From contig QPGO01000006.1 in NCBI GenBank assembly GCA_008632985.1, forward strand, positions 186,001-250,000: DNA of 64,000 bases. The letters run 5' to 3'. The notes beneath the pieces were generated by a model that saw nothing but the letters and a program-made list of their open reading frames with translations, ran no database searches and was not told the origin of the DNA. The position numbers were made by a program, and so were the translations under genes. Position 1 is the first letter of the stretch. Every line of letters starts with the position of its first letter. Source of the stretch: Psammoneis japonica. Taxonomy: Eukaryota. Below, piece by piece: positions 23,726-37,300 of this stretch.

Positions 23726-25500
23726 ATTGGGAGTGCGTTGATGTGCAACAACCAAGCATTTGTGCACCACTTTGTGGCCAAGTGCTCCAAATTTGCACAA
23801 GCAAAATCTACGTCATCAGCATGAGTGCCATGATCAAATTGCTGTGCTGCCTGTGCTGCACTGGCAACAAAGGCCAACTCATGACAATGGCGAGAGATTG
23901 AGTGTTCTCACTTTTCACGCAGGAGCCTGTGGAAGGGAGACAGCTTTCACAGCTTGTCACCAGGCAAACTCAGCTCCTGGCCTTGCCTTTCAGCAAACCA
24001 ACTGAGCCTGGGGTGGTCCAAAGGACAACCAACCTTTTGTCACCACAATGACTTCAAAATCTGGGTGGTGACCCAAGTTGAGTGTTGCAACAACCTGCGC
24101 AACAATCTCCCTGGCATGCAAACAAACTGTGGAAGGAGCTCATTCAGCTCTCACACAAGCCAGTGCAAGGCACTTGGTTGATGCACCTTGTCTGACATGA
24201 GCCAACCCCCTGGCACACTTGGTCTCAAAAAGTCAGCCTGGCCACTGCGGCGCCACTCTCCCATGCACCTGAGAGGGGGGGGGGGGATTTTCCCCAGAGG
24301 CTCCACAAAGACACAGCACATTTTTGCAAACTGCAATGTGAAAAGACCTGCTCAAACAATTGATGGGCTTTTGCTGCCCCCTCCCCTTCCTCCTTGCTGA
24401 TTTGTCATGGCCAAATCAACACGACGATCTGCAAACCCAGATGTTTTCAAGATCATGCACTGATGTGCTCCTTTGCTTTCACCCAAATGTCCAGCCACTT
24501 GGGCTGATGAATTGCAACATCTGCTTTCCCATGGCAGCTCCCAGTGTGCAGCAATTCCCAGGCAATTTCTGACTTGCAAGCCAGCATGCTTTGTGACAAA
24601 TTTGCCATTTGCGCACACCCCCTCTGCCCAACACACACCCAGCTCTTCTTTTTCTTCCACATGTTTTCCTCTTCCGCTGCATCCTTGTTGCATGGTGGTG
24701 TTGCGATTGCCTGGATTGCAGCATGAGTGCAAGCACGCATCACACACCGTGTGTGTTGGCCCCATGGAGATCTCTCGTGCTGTCTGTCACACACCCTTGC
24801 CCAGCCAGGTGTGCTCTTGGGGTCATGACCCAGGCTGGGGCACAAAATGTGAATGTGCCATTGCAGTTGAAGGTTTGCAAGAAAGCTCCTCAGCTCAAAT
24901 GTGTGCCATTGGAGTTGAAGGTTTGCAAGAAAGCTCCTCTTGGCTCAATTTCCTGGCAACAAAAGGCAAGTTGCTTCTGCCCCAATCAGATGTTTTTGGA
25001 GGTCAGATCAATTTGTGTTGACATTGGAGGGAGCATCTTCACAAGCTGTTGCAATGCCAGACACTGGGCATCATGATGGCAGCAGCAAAACAAAAAAAAA
25101 ACAAGCAACAGCTGCTTCTTGCAAGAGGTTGTTCTCTTCCGAAGTGTCGTTGTTTGCTTTGGTTGCTCTCATTTGCTTTGCCTTCTTCCTGGTGCACATT
25201 TCATCACTTTCACTTCCTTGTTCTGTCACACACTTTTTGATGCATGCTCTGTTGTTTTCAGATTTCACCTTGAGTTCCGGTCAAAAAGCAGTTGAAGCAC
25301 ACTGCCTTGTGCTCAGCTGTCTGTTTTGCACTTCCTGCATTTGTCAAAACATGCCTTTGTGGGGCATGGACAACCAATGTTTCTCCACATGCACTTGGGT
25401 GATCAAAATGAGATGGGCTTGCCATTTACCTGCTGTGACCACCTCCCACACTGAATCATGACTCACCCGAGAAAGGGAGTGCGCTGCTGATCACAGAGCA
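23700..25500. other. TpA/CpG-depleted domain 3
   Basis: TA and CG almost absent between two normal genes. Confidence 0.85.
24854..24949. repeat. Tandem duplication, 48-bp period
   Basis: tgtgccattgcagttgaaggtttgcaagaaagctcctc occurs twice with one mismatch. Confidence 0.85.
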
Positions 25501-25673
25501 AATCAGGGTCGTCAGCCCAACACATCGTCCATCTAGAGGCGGCGTCTAGTGTATGAACGATGTGGGTGGCACCTTAGTCTGACCTGTTGCTTTGGTCAGT
25601 AACTCTGTGATCATTGTGAGGGTTGGAGTTTATAGACGTAGACTTACGGTGTATAGATGATAGTTAGCTAAAG

Positions 25674-26762
25674 TTACAGGAAGTAGCGCTGAATGTGTTC
25701 CCACGTCTCTGGACTGGAGACTTTTTGCAGCAATGATTGAGCGGCCTGTTGATGCTCGTCGCTGTAGTAGTCGTGATAAGTCTTGCCCATAACAAAGGGC
25801 AATGGCGAACGCTTTGCTTCCAGTTCCAAAAAGCTAAAGAGCTCTTGCACAGTTTGATTGTATTGTGTACCGTAGTTTTCGTAGTACAGATAATGGACTG
25901 GAACATCGAGCTCCCTCGACATGAACAAAGCATAATTGTGCCACTGGGCGTACCTGTAAAAGTCGGCATAACACGGCACTTGCTCCATCAACTGCAAAAC
26001 ATCGGCATCAAAGGCGGTTTGCTCTGTCGCTTTGTAAGTATCATTCAAATACTGACACCAGTGTAAAAAGCCTTCCTTGGTAGCTTCCGTTGCCGCATCG
26101 GGATACCTCGTCATGGCCAGGTGCATGCGACTGACGACGTTGTCAAACGGATCCCGAAATAAGTGCACCACTTTGGCCACGTCGGCGCTGTCGTAATAGA
26201 CCTTTTGGGGAAGATGCGATTCACGGCAACCCTTTTCAAACTCGTTCGATGATTCAACAAGGTATGCGTCGGGACCACAATTATTGCATTTGCCGGTGCA
26301 GTGCGTTTTGCTCAAAACAAACTTGGGTCGCTCCAGTTGAGGTTTATGCAAAAACGGTCCATTTTCCGAAACGACGGGCACCAACGGTTCAAAATCCTTG
26401 GCGTAATTGGAGGCTGTCGTGACGTTGGCCATGCGTTCGACGTTCAAAATGGTGTAAGAAGTGCCCGAGTTCGGAAAGGAGAGCAACCACGCTATTTTGG
26501 ATTGCTGGTCAGTACTAGAAGGTGGCGCTGTGGAGGTGGCCTCATCATCGTCGTTTTGCTTTTCTTTGTCGTCGTTGTCATGGCTGTATGGATGAGAGGT
26601 GGACACATTGTGCCATAAGATGGGAAACTCGCGATGCCCATCGCGTTGCATTTGCACGCTGTAAAGAGCAATGGTGACAGTCAAGACCAAGCCCGTGCCA
26701 ATGATCCACCAGCGTTTGGAAGAAGCAAGCTGACCGTCGTTCTTGGGCGTCCCTTGCCCCAT
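25674..26762 (-). CDS. Golgi-type (type II membrane) sulfotransferase
   Basis: TM WWIIGTGLVLTVTIALY; 5'-PSB WLLSFPNSGTSYT; 3'-PB HLFRDPFDNVVSR; YYEN. Confidence 0.85.
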   Translation of the reverse strand: MGQGTPKNDGQLASSKRWWIIGTGLVLTVTIALYSVQMQRDGHREFPILWHNVSTSHPYSHDNDDKEKQNDDDEATSTAPPSSTDQQSKIAWLLSFPNSGTSYTILNVERMANVTTASNYAKDFEPLVPVVSENGPFLHKPQLERPKFVLSKTHCTGKCNNCGPDAYLVESSNEFEKGCRESHLPQKVYYDSADVAKVVHLFRDPFDNVVSRMHLAMTRYPDAATEATKEGFLHWCQYLNDTYKATEQTAFDADVLQLMEQVPCYADFYRYAQWHNYALFMSRELDVPVHYLYYENYGTQYNQTVQELFSFLELEAKRSPLPFVMGKTYHDYYSDEHQQAAQSLLQKVSSPETWEHIQRYFL

Positions 26763-28959
26763 GGTCACCTGGTCTCAACTCGATCTATCTCAACTCTCAC
26801 AACAACGCACACCGCATTTCCGATGAATCGATGAATCGGAAAATCGAAAAAAGAGGAAGGCCGGCCGACGACGCCCACCGGCCTCCGGCCGCAGGCCCCA
26901 TACTGTACAGAGTGGCATGATGACGTGGCAAAATATCAAAATTTGGGTGAATCTTGCCTGCATGCATGCATGCGGTCGGCAATTTTTTTCCAAAACTCCA
27001 GAACTAAATACAGTCAATACAGAGGTCACATGATTGGTTAATCCACAAACCGGTGCACATACATTTCTGTCTTTCCCTGCCATGCTGTAATTATCATAGT
27101 GTACATGCACTCAAGAAAACAACAAAAATGACATTGTGCGTGTCCATTTCAAAATCATCGTTGCCTTCATTGATGGGCGGGCAGGGCTCGCTGCATGCTT
27201 GGCACCCCGCCGTTCTGAACGGACAATCAACGACAATCTCTGTGATGCCAGCTGCGTTGCATTGTTCATTGCTTTTCAGCTTTTCAGCCCAGCCAACACT
27301 GTGCTCACAACAAGTGCAGCACGCACAAAAGAGTCATGGAGAGTGCGGCCCATCAAACAAATCACTGAATGGGGTGGAGAGTTTTCTCATTTGACAGCAC
27401 AGCTCCGGTGGGTTCAATTTGCACCAGCTTCAAAAAGAGAAAAAGCCAACGAGGGCAGCCACCCAAGAGCTGCTGACTCTCCCCTTGTCTGATGTGGGCG
27501 GGCTTGCCATTGCACTCTAAAGCCCCAAAAGGCTGCAAGAAATGATGCAAGTCAGGGCATCCTGCCAGTGCCTTCCTTGTTGCCCTGTTTGAAGTGAGCA
27601 AAACAGGCAATGGTGCAAGAGACTTGCTCCAGACTCAGGCGCACAAAGCACAAAAAAGCGCCCCTTTTTTTGACAAAGCATGTGGCCCAAAGAACTTTTG
27701 GCACCACTTTCAAAAGCAAAAACATGACAATTTTCAAATGTGTGGTTGTCGATGCATGCAGAAAGGTCCCACGTGTGTTGCCCGTGCCTTCAAGAAAGCT
27801 GACAATGAGCTCTGAGTTGTTGCTTGCCAAATGGTGCCACAAGATGAGAGCTTGGTTTTCCGATGAGCAGCAATTTGTGATTGTGCACATGTGTGGGCAA
27901 AGCTGCAAAGCAGATTTTCTCATGCAAAAATGAACTTTTTAGCGAGCAACAAACATTGAATTTTGTTGAAATGCTTGAACACAAGTCACTCTCAATGGAG
28001 CAAATGAAGCATTCGTTGGCACTGAAGTTTGAGAAGACGTTTGAAGAAATCAAATGCTCAGCCCATGCTGCAATGGCATTGACACCGAGCCATTTTTTAT
28101 CGGCTTTGTTGGGACAAATGACTGGAACACTTGCGCCAGTCAATGACATGGAGGATGCACATGGAAGTGGAGAACAACTTGTCCTTGGAGGCAAGCTGCA
28201 ATGGAAACGAGGCCCCGCTGTTGTTGCTGCTGACAGACTTGTCTTCTTTTGCCATGCCACAGCCTGTGACAAGCACTTTCCTTTTCATCATTGTTGACAC
28301 AGACCACACAAAATGCTGTGGTCCTCATCATGTCATTCAATTTCGCACAAGTTTGAAAAAAGCAGGCGCTGTCATGGTCGCTGAAAGCCAGGGCTGTTTT
28401 GGCTGTGATTTGGCTCAAATTTCATCTGTTCATGTGACTTGGTTCTAAGCCACAATTGTGGTCACAAAATGATGGGATGTCCACAATGTTGAACAAAGCA
28501 TGAAATGTTTGTTTTTTTGTGCAAAAAGGGTCATGTGCAGGCCACCTAAGTTTGAAGCAAGTCCAAAGGGGGGGGGCTTCCCAAAGATTTGTGCAGGTGT
28601 GGGTGCAAAGTGCTTTGCTTCTTTGTGGCTGTTGTTGAAAGAAGTGGTCACCAGCAAAATGGGTGAAACTTGGGCCAGACTTTCTGCCTCAATTCCAAAA
28701 CAGGAAAGTGCACTGGCGCTGCCGTCAAATGTGTGATAACAAACAAAATCATGCCTGCCATGAGGCAGAGCAACAGCTTAACAATCTGGGTGGGAGCAAC
28801 AACAGCAAGAATGAAAAAGAGAGTGCTGACAAGGACACTTGCAGCATTTTTTTGTGCATCACCTGTGCGATGTGAGCAAGATTCACGGTGCTTGTTGAGA
28901 GCTCTTCTGTGGCAAATGGCACAATGTTGGCAGGTGAGCACACACAATGAGCAAAGCAG

Positions 28960-29505
28960 CACAAAACAACAACCCATTTTGAGCACAAATCATTATTCTT
29001 TGTGTGTGGCACTTTCACAAAGAAAGGCTTGTGTGGATGGGCTTTTGCAGGTGGCCAGAGAGCACAGACATTTGAGCAATCTCTTTTGCAATGCTCAAGT
29101 CCTCATGAGACACGTGTCATGTGAATTCCTCAGCAGACTCAGCGCTGATGTGTGACAGTGAATTTTGCACAGTGAGCCCTGTGCAGGTGGATCAACTGCC
29201 AGAAAGCATGGCACACAAACACCATGTTTTAACGTGCAAACTTTGAACACCTGCAAATCTTCAACAGTTTTGGTGTGCAAATCATTCGTCATGTTGTGCT
29301 GCACATTTGTCACAATGAAAAACACATTGATGGCACAAAAAAAACAACAACATTGCAGAACACTGGGCAGGTCTTGTTGGCATTGCAAAACATTGAGATT
29401 TGAACAAATCTGTGTTTTTGTTGGCAAGAGCTTGGTGGCAAGTCAGAGACTGCACAAAAATTGCACAAATGTCATTTTTGCACATGGCTTGGTTCTCACA
29501 TGGCA
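28960..29505 (+). repeat. Second copy of the dispersed repeat at 1380-1900
   Basis: agagcttggtggcaagtcagagactgcacaaaaat matches the reverse complement of 1422-1456. Confidence 0.75.
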
Positions 29506-29939
29506 GGGACACATCCTGCTCTTGTTTGCCCATGAACCTGCTGGATTTTCTGTGCGAGGCTTTGGTCTGGGTGCAGGGGGGGGGGGGGGGGCAAACTCTG
29601 GAGGAGCAAAGATGTTGTGTCTTGGCTGTGTTCCTCCTGCATGTCAGGCAGGAAATTTTTGCAAGTGGGGCAAGAAGTCTCTCTGTGCAGGAATGAGAAA
29701 ATGTCAGAATGTCTGTCCCTCAGACAGCACAGGAGCATTGTTGTCAACAACTGAGATCTGAAAATTTTTGATGCTGTGTTGAGATGTTGATGCTTGCACC
29801 GCAAGTCAGAAAAAAGCTCAAATTGGGGCATGGTGGCAGCAGAAAATGAGTCTTGCAACAGCGCAACAAAAAAGACAACACACTCAGTTTTGGCCCATGA
29901 TCAGGTGATTTGCAGCTCTCCCTCTTAACCACAAGAAAG

Positions 29940-31950
29940 ATGCTTGCTGCCCACACACAAGCACCTTTCAGCCATCCTGAACATTTCCACAGGGAGCTTG
30001 TTCACAAGAAGCTGATCAGCCAGCTGGTTGGCAGTGCTGACCAGCTAAAGAGCAATCTTTAAATTCTCTGCTTCAGTGCAAAACCAGCACCAATGCCAGA
30101 CACCAAAAGATGTTTGGTTTGTGGAGCAAGTTTGGGCACGCTGGAGAGGTTGAGACAGGTGGCATCATGCCCTTGCAGAAAGAACATTCTGGTGGGTTGT
30201 GGGGCCATTGACAATGTTGAGGGCCTTGGAGTGAGCAGTGGCAGCCCTGCAGCATTCCAGCAAAGTGTGGCATGCTCAGCTTCCATCATGGAAAGTGTGG
30301 CCACCAGGGCTGTGGCTTGGGCACCCAGCAGGTGACTGGACTGCTGGCGCAGCAAACAAGATGGCCCACAACCAACATGGCTTGTTTGTCATGTGCAGCA
30401 CTGATTTCTTTTTGTGTGTGCAAAACTCCTCCACTTTGTCAAGGAAAAATTTGGTGCTTTGATGGAAAAGGTCATCTCTCTGTTGATTGCAAAAGTGCCT
30501 GCCTCATCAAGGGCCTTGCTGCACCTTCTTTGAAGTCCAAAATTTTGTTCCCCCAGACCACCACTGAGCAGATCTGGACCTGGCATCACCATGTCACTCT
30601 GTTGGGATTTCATGGCTTGCCTGCTGATCTGTTCTGGACTCACCAATCCCCAAACTCACCGTGTGGGTTGCAAACACATCTCTGATGCTGTTGCCACCAC
30701 TGCAATGTTGTCATGGTGCAGAAGCTCAAAAGTGTGAACAAGAGACCCAACCTCATGGTGATTTGTGAGTGCAAATTTGCCATGCCATGAACAGTCATCA
30801 GCACAGCTTTCACAGCAACATTGTCTGTTTGTCCTCCAAAAACTGCATCACACCCAATTTTCCAACACAGTCCTCTTCACATGAGCTGTCAATTGGTTGG
30901 CCTTGTGTGCACCAATCAAAGGAGAGGATGACAGTTGGAAGTTTTGGAAGCCATGCTGCCCAAAGCCAAGTTGACTGCTTTGTCAACTCCCACAGCTCAA
31001 ATCATCTGACTCTGCCAACAAGTGGTTGTTGTCACGATTGAGCAAAGGATGACCCTTCTTTGCATGCCCAACCTTGTCACATTTCCAGCATTTGATCTGC
31101 TTCTTCTTATTTTGTGCAAAGCTCGCACCATCAGCTTTTTTGCTGGCCCCGCACATGCCCAACACATGCAGCGCCTCCTTGGCTGAATTGGGGCAATTGT
31201 CAATCCCCATTGGAAACTGTCAGTGTGGGTCCTTCAAGATGCGCTGATGCTCCTTGGCACCTTCCATGAGCAGCACTGCTGACAAATTGTTTCTTTCTTT
31301 TTTCCGGGCATCCCAAGCATCAATGCCAAACCCATCTTCTTTCTGCTTGCCAATTTCTTCTGGGGTGACTCTGCAAAATGACCCTTCCACCATCTCAACA
31401 ATGCCTGTGAACCAACTGCACCAATGATCTTGAGGTGTCTCTCCTTCATCCTGAAGAATGAGCACCAACCACTTCCAAGCCTTGGCAGCCTGAGCATGTG
31501 TGAGCAGATTTTCCCATTTGCACTGCTGATCAAGATCCACTTGAAAAATTCCAACATTGCCACCATGCTCCACTCCTTCATTGCCCCCTTGTGAACTTCA
31601 CTTCTTCAACCTTGTGACATTGTCTTGTGATTGTGTTGAGTGCCTCTGCTTTCTGCATGTTGCAGATCATGCCCTGCTTCACATGGTGGTTGCATTGTTT
31701 CTCCCAGGGTGTCTTGTTCTTCTCTGACATGGTTCTGCCCAACAGATGCCCCAGCTCCTTGGGTTTGTTTTCTTGCTTAAGAGATGCCAGCAAGCACACC
31801 TTCATCTCTGGCCCAAACACTCTTCCAACATGCTCACTCATTTTCCTTGTGGTCTCGATGCACCCATCTGCATCTTGGCCTGACTTGGCAATGAATTCGT
31901 GCACCCACTCCTTTCTGAGAGAGGTTGTCATTTTTGTGCACATTTTGGTT
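29940..31950 (-). mobile_element. Decayed, internally deleted Ty1/Copia LTR retrotransposon
   Basis: In order on the minus strand: gag-like region, zinc knuckle IKCWKCDKVGHAKK, RT-like remnant, RNase H remnants ATLSMMEAEHATL, PKLAPQTKHL, TANQLADQ; LTRs not identified. Confidence 0.65.
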
Positions 31951-32551
31951 CACGTGCAGCTGGAACACGTCATCCATGGAATCCCAACACAGAAGCAAAA
32001 CAAAATGGCAAGGCATGACACTTGAAAGAGTGAAGTCAATCAAAGGCAAAGAGACAGTCTCCGGAGGACCTTGCTGGGAGGAAGCTGCCAGGCTTTGCTG
32101 AAAGGGTGCAGCAAAGTTTTGTGCTGGACCAGGAGAAACATCAACGTGGGCAAGGACATGACAGAGCATGGAAGTATGAAAGATTTGAAATGTCTGTCGA
32201 AAATGGGAGCAAAAGTTGCTCTCAAGGCCGATTGCACAATTTTCCCCTTTCAAGTGCAGTTGTGGAGACTGTTAATCAGGGCGCCATGTTATCTGGGGTG
32301 TGCACGAGAAGAGGCTCAAAAGAGGAGCAACACTGTTTTGTTGACAAACAATTGTGTGAATTACTTTGTGGATAATGGCGAGTGTTTTAATAACATCAGA
32401 TTGAATCACCACAATTTTGAAAATGACCGGCGCCTGGATCTTGTCATGTCTTTCTTCGCTGTGAGAATCATCATTTTCTCTCCCTCGCGGTTACCAAAAG
32501 TCCAAAATTGAATTGAATGGGCGGTTTTCAACCGAAAGAGAAAGCAGCATC

Positions 32552-33811
32552 CTATTCTACAAGACGGAAGATTTTTCGAAGCTCACTTTCAGTCACTTCT
32601 TTTTGCCGATTTCCCCAATCAATCACTTGATCAAATGCTCGTAATATCACAAGTGCAGAAGGCCTGTGTTCTGGATCGAATTGATAGCACGCACGGTAGG
32701 CTATGCGCAAAGCGCGGTCTTCGAGCCTGGTAGAATTGGCGAATTCTTCAGGCAAAAATGGCAAGTGTCCTTTTGCCTTCTTCGCGATCACCTCTTCGTT
32801 GGACAAGGAAGTCGGCTCAAGACTAGTCCATGGCTCATTGCTGGTCAAAACAAGATAGTAAACATTGCCCAATGCAAAAATGTCCAGCTTCTCGGAAACA
32901 TAAGAGGCGCCTCGGATTTCTTCGGGAGACCTCCAATGGGCTCCGCCGAAATCGACAGGAAACCCACAGGGCTTTTGCGACGTAGCGTTGTACCTCAGTA
33001 AAACGCCAATGTTGAAATCATTGTATTTGATCTGTCCAGTCAACGTTTGTACCAAGTTAGATATGTTAATGTCACGGTGGCAAAAGGTCGGTTCGGACGT
33101 TCCGTCCATGTAGTGCATATGATACATCCCCCGTGCCAAGGCCCGTGCCAGGACAATCCTGTCGCGAATCCCTAAACTTTCTTGATTTCTATGCAACGCA
33201 TGTTTTATAGATCCCGGAGCGAATTCAGAAATTATAGATTGACCACAAAAACCATACGCAGTCACAGCATACGGGGACGAAGTTAATCGTTCCATTGCTA
33301 TTGCCTCCGCAGTGGCGAGTGGGTAAGATTCATCTTCAAATTCACGATGGTAATGTAACATTTTTAGCACCACCACTTCTTGGTCGAGAGGAACCTTCCA
33401 AACCAGCCGCCAAGAACCACCCTGCGAAAGCACTAGAGCAGTTCCGTTGTCGTGATTAGAAGCAGCAATATTTAGTTCATGGATGACGTTGCACGTTGAA
33501 TAGACCCGTGTTTGCCATTCACGCATCGGCTTGCACTCTTCGACAAAGGGACGATGGTATTCATCGAAACGTATCTCCCGCGACAGACCGGCGTTCATAC
33601 CAATCGGTGGGACTGTTTGCTGATAATGGCTGGTGTTTTTAGGAGAAAGGGTCGGATGGAAAACGAAGACTCGAGGTCTGTCAGCCTTCTTGTCAGCGAT
33701 GTTTGACTGGGGAAATGCATCCGAACAAAATTGTTGCCAAATCAGGAAATATGAGATGCTCAGTGAGATAAGAAATAAAACCGGTCCCTTCCGTTCAACG
33801 CGTTTCATCAT
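32552..33811 (-). CDS. Membrane-anchored protein kinase (secretory-type, kinase A)
   Basis: TM VLFLISLSISYFLIW; QGGSWRLVW, VVLKM, CHRDINISN, NDFNIG, WRSPEE, KLDIFALG, DPEHRPSA; start uncertain (ORF extends to 33946). Confidence 0.85.
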   Translation of the reverse strand: MMKRVERKGPVLFLISLSISYFLIWQQFCSDAFPQSNIADKKADRPRVFVFHPTLSPKNTSHYQQTVPPIGMNAGLSREIRFDEYHRPFVEECKPMREWQTRVYSTCNVIHELNIAASNHDNGTALVLSQGGSWRLVWKVPLDQEVVVLKMLHYHREFEDESYPLATAEAIAMERLTSSPYAVTAYGFCGQSIISEFAPGSIKHALHRNQESLGIRDRIVLARALARGMYHMHYMDGTSEPTFCHRDINISNLVQTLTGQIKYNDFNIGVLLRYNATSQKPCGFPVDFGGAHWRSPEEIRGASYVSEKLDIFALGNVYYLVLTSNEPWTSLEPTSLSNEEVIAKKAKGHLPFLPEEFANSTRLEDRALRIAYRACYQFDPEHRPSALVILRAFDQVIDWGNRQKEVTESELRKIFRLVE

Positions 33812-34389
33812 TTTTCCATGGCAAGCAAATACTGTGAACATCGAACATAACAGGAACAACAAGTTGAAAGTGAGCCGAGAGCCGAGCCGTCGGCCTTGTG
33901 ATCTCTGCGCGTCACAGACGTTGTCGGACGAGCGCGCGATGTGCACGTACGGGGCCTTTTCGGCTCTTAGTCATTGAATAGAAAAATTTCAACTTTATTT
34001 ATTAAGAAACATAATATTCTAATTCTTAGATACCAAATCTCAACGGATACGCAACTTATTGACTGGACCTCGGAGTATCATTCGCAACATCGTACAGAGG
34101 TACGAAGATTCTACGCGAATTCGAAAATTTGACCGACTGATCCATGATGTCGTTTTGGCCGCGACGAATCGAAAAATCAAGTGGAAATAAATGACGACCG
34201 TTTCATCGCGCGCTGCATTTTGCCGGTAGAAGCAACACCATGGGTACGTCTTTCTCGAACTCCGCCGTCGTTGTTTGTCGCATTGATTACATGATTGATG
34301 GTAGTGATGCAAGAAACATGGAGAGAGAATAGTCGTTCTAGATTCGCTTCCGGTAATATGTATTCTCATCCTTCATTCTCGCTCGCTCA

Positions 34390-37300
34390 TTGCACGTAGT
34401 AGCTTCGAGAGGGCACAAATTGTTCATCGCGTTGCTTGTGATTGCTTTGTTTCTTTCGTACGTTCCATTATGGTTCAGTGTTTTCCACAGCAGCTACGTC
34501 TACCGAATAATTCCTTACGATGCCCTTAATGCTACTAAATTTCTGTCGTCCAACTCTCGCCGTCCTGAGGACGAGAGCAGCGAACACGTGATTCAGTTTT
34601 ACGGCAGCAAGGACGAAGCTGACTCTAGGTCAAGACGCTTTCCATCCGTTGATGAGAGGGTTAGAATCTATATGAGCAATTGGTACCTGCCGGAGTGCAA
34701 TGCCACAAGAAGAATCCTGTACCGTTCCAAGAATCAAACATCCTTGACGTATCTCGTCCAAGAAGAACAAAAAGGAACTGCGTACCAGCGTGTAATCAAG
34801 GCTGGCGCAGACCCTGTCATGGATCGCATCTTTTATGCGGCCAAGCAAGAAATTTCCAAGTGCGTAGCCGAATCACCCAAAGGTTTGCGAAGATATTGCA
34901 CAGATGTTCAAAAGACACTTTCACAGCTACTAGAGCTTCAAGCACAGCAACAACTGCGAGAGTCTTCTCCGCCCATGTTGTTCCAGTTTGGCGATACTTC
35001 GTTTACCACAGCTGCAACTTCCCCAGCCATTGTAGGTAGGACAGATATCCATCCGCGGGTTCCCCATTTCAAGAAGTTTCGTCAAGCTATCTCTCGATCG
35101 AAACTTGAACATGTGGTGACGGATGTTCTGTTTTCTGATGCCGATGACAATAAGACAAATCGAGATGACGCCATTTGTCGCAATCCTCCGAGCCAGGGAC
35201 ACCATCCTCGTGCTATGCCTAACATGCATCTGCAACCAATCATTTGGAAACTGAATACAGAGCGGCACTACATTCATTTACGCGAAATCCCTCGATGGGA
35301 TATTCCTTGGCAGGACAAGATGAATCAAGCTATCTTTCGAGGCGCGTTAACAGGTTCAAGCCGTGTCAAGGCGCGAATACTTGAGCTACCCGGAAATGAC
35401 GTTTCCAAATGCTTGGCACTGGATCGATGCCGTGTCGTCTATCGGCACGCCAACTCTACTTTGGTTGACGCGAAACTTACAAAGACGGATCAATTGATTA
35501 ACAGTAATGTCGCGGGAGTACCGTTGATGTCTTCAAAAGTGCCCATTGCGAAGCTTCTGCAATACAAAATGATACTGATACTGGAAGGTAACGATGTGAG
35601 CAGTGGTTTAAAATGGGCTATGTTGAGTGGATCAGTTGTCCTGATGCCTCCTCCTCGGTACACATCGTGGGCCATGGAGGAGCGATTGGAACCTTGGGTC
35701 CATTATGTTCCCGTTGAAAACTTGGATAATATCGACGAGCAGGTTCGCTGGGTGCTACGTCATGATGCAGAGGCCCAACGAATAGCCCATCGTGGTTCGC
35801 TGTGGATAAAGGACTTGGTTTTACACCCAGACGCAGAGAAGGACGACGAAGCGGTTTACCAAGAAATCATTCGTCGATACCAGAAACATTTTGTGCGATC
35901 GGAAAACCTTGGCATCTCTTCAATCTACGACAGCATTGAAGAAGCCAATGCACGGTCTTCTCGCTTTCCATCTGTTGAAGAGAGAGTCAAAATCTACATG
36001 AGCAATTGGTACATACCTGAATGCAATGACTCCCGAAAGATCCATTATTCCCATCAAGTTCCAAATGCGAATACGACGACGGACGATGTGACATCTTCCG
36101 GTTTGACATTTCTGATTCAAGAAGAGCAGGATATAAAAGCATTTAGCCGGGTAGTAACGATTGGCACATCCGTTGGCATCGACCACATGTTTCACGCAAC
36201 GCAACAAGAGATATCCACATGTGCGAGTGACCTTGGCAGCTATCTTCGACATTATTGTCTTGATGCTGAACATTCAATGCGATCTCAACTACTGTTGCAA
36301 GCACGTGACAAGCAAGATGGGGGGTTCGCAACGCCCCCACTTTTACTTCAGTTTGGCGATTCTTCCGTTGCGAAGGTCAGAACAGAGCGCCATATCCGTG
36401 TTCCCCATTTCCATAAGTTTCGTACAGCTATCAGTCATTCGGAACTAGAACGTGTGACTGCGGCGATGAGATTCAATGCTGACAACGACTCTTCCAAACA
36501 CTCTAATCGATCCGGTACAGCTTGTTGGGATCATGCAGCAAAAGTTCCTCACGCGATGCTGCCAAGCATGCAATTGCAGCCCATCATCTCCAAAATGAAT
36601 TCGAGACGACATTATCATGACGTATCCGACGTTCCCGATTGGGATATCCCTTGGCAGGCGAAGAGGAATGTGGCCATTTTCCGGGGCGATCTAACTGGCT
36701 TTGGCCGTGTCCAACACAATGCTACGATTGTTGAATTGCCTAGTCATGATGTTTCCAAATGCCTGGCATTAGTACGATGCCGTGTTGCCTATCTGCACGC
36801 GAACTCTACCTTGGTCGACGCAAAGCTTACACATACTGTCGATTTGGTAGACAGTGTCATCAACGACGTCCCCGTTCTTTCACCATTTCTCGATATAAAA
36901 CAGCAACTGCAGTACAAAATGTTATTGATATTGGAAGGTAACGATGTATCCTCGGCTTTAAAATGGGCCCTAATGTCAAAGAGCGTCGTCCTAATGCCTC
37001 CCCCAACATACACGTCTTGGGCAATGGAAGAGCGTCTTGAACCCTGGGTCCATTATGTCCCCATTGAGAACTTGGATAACATTGATGAGCAGGTCCTCTG
37101 GGTGCTACGTCATGATGCAGAGGCCCAACGGATAGCCCATCGTGGTTCGCTGTGGATTAAAGATTTGGTTTTACACCCAGAGGCAGAGCAGGACGATGAA
37201 GCGATTTACCAAGAAATTATTCGTCGATACCAGCAGCATTTTGTATATTCGAACCACCTCGACGTTCCCTTGACGCCACAGAGTGTCAATCGAGTCGATT

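Larger units (their letters stand above)
27130..32150. other. TpA/CpG-depleted domain 4
   Basis: About 5 kb nearly free of TA/CG; holds the Copia relic and a repeat copy. Confidence 0.9.

Noticed and set aside
27540..28450. Protein-like remnants on the plus strand that might be a transposase
   Set aside because: No diagnostic motif recognised.
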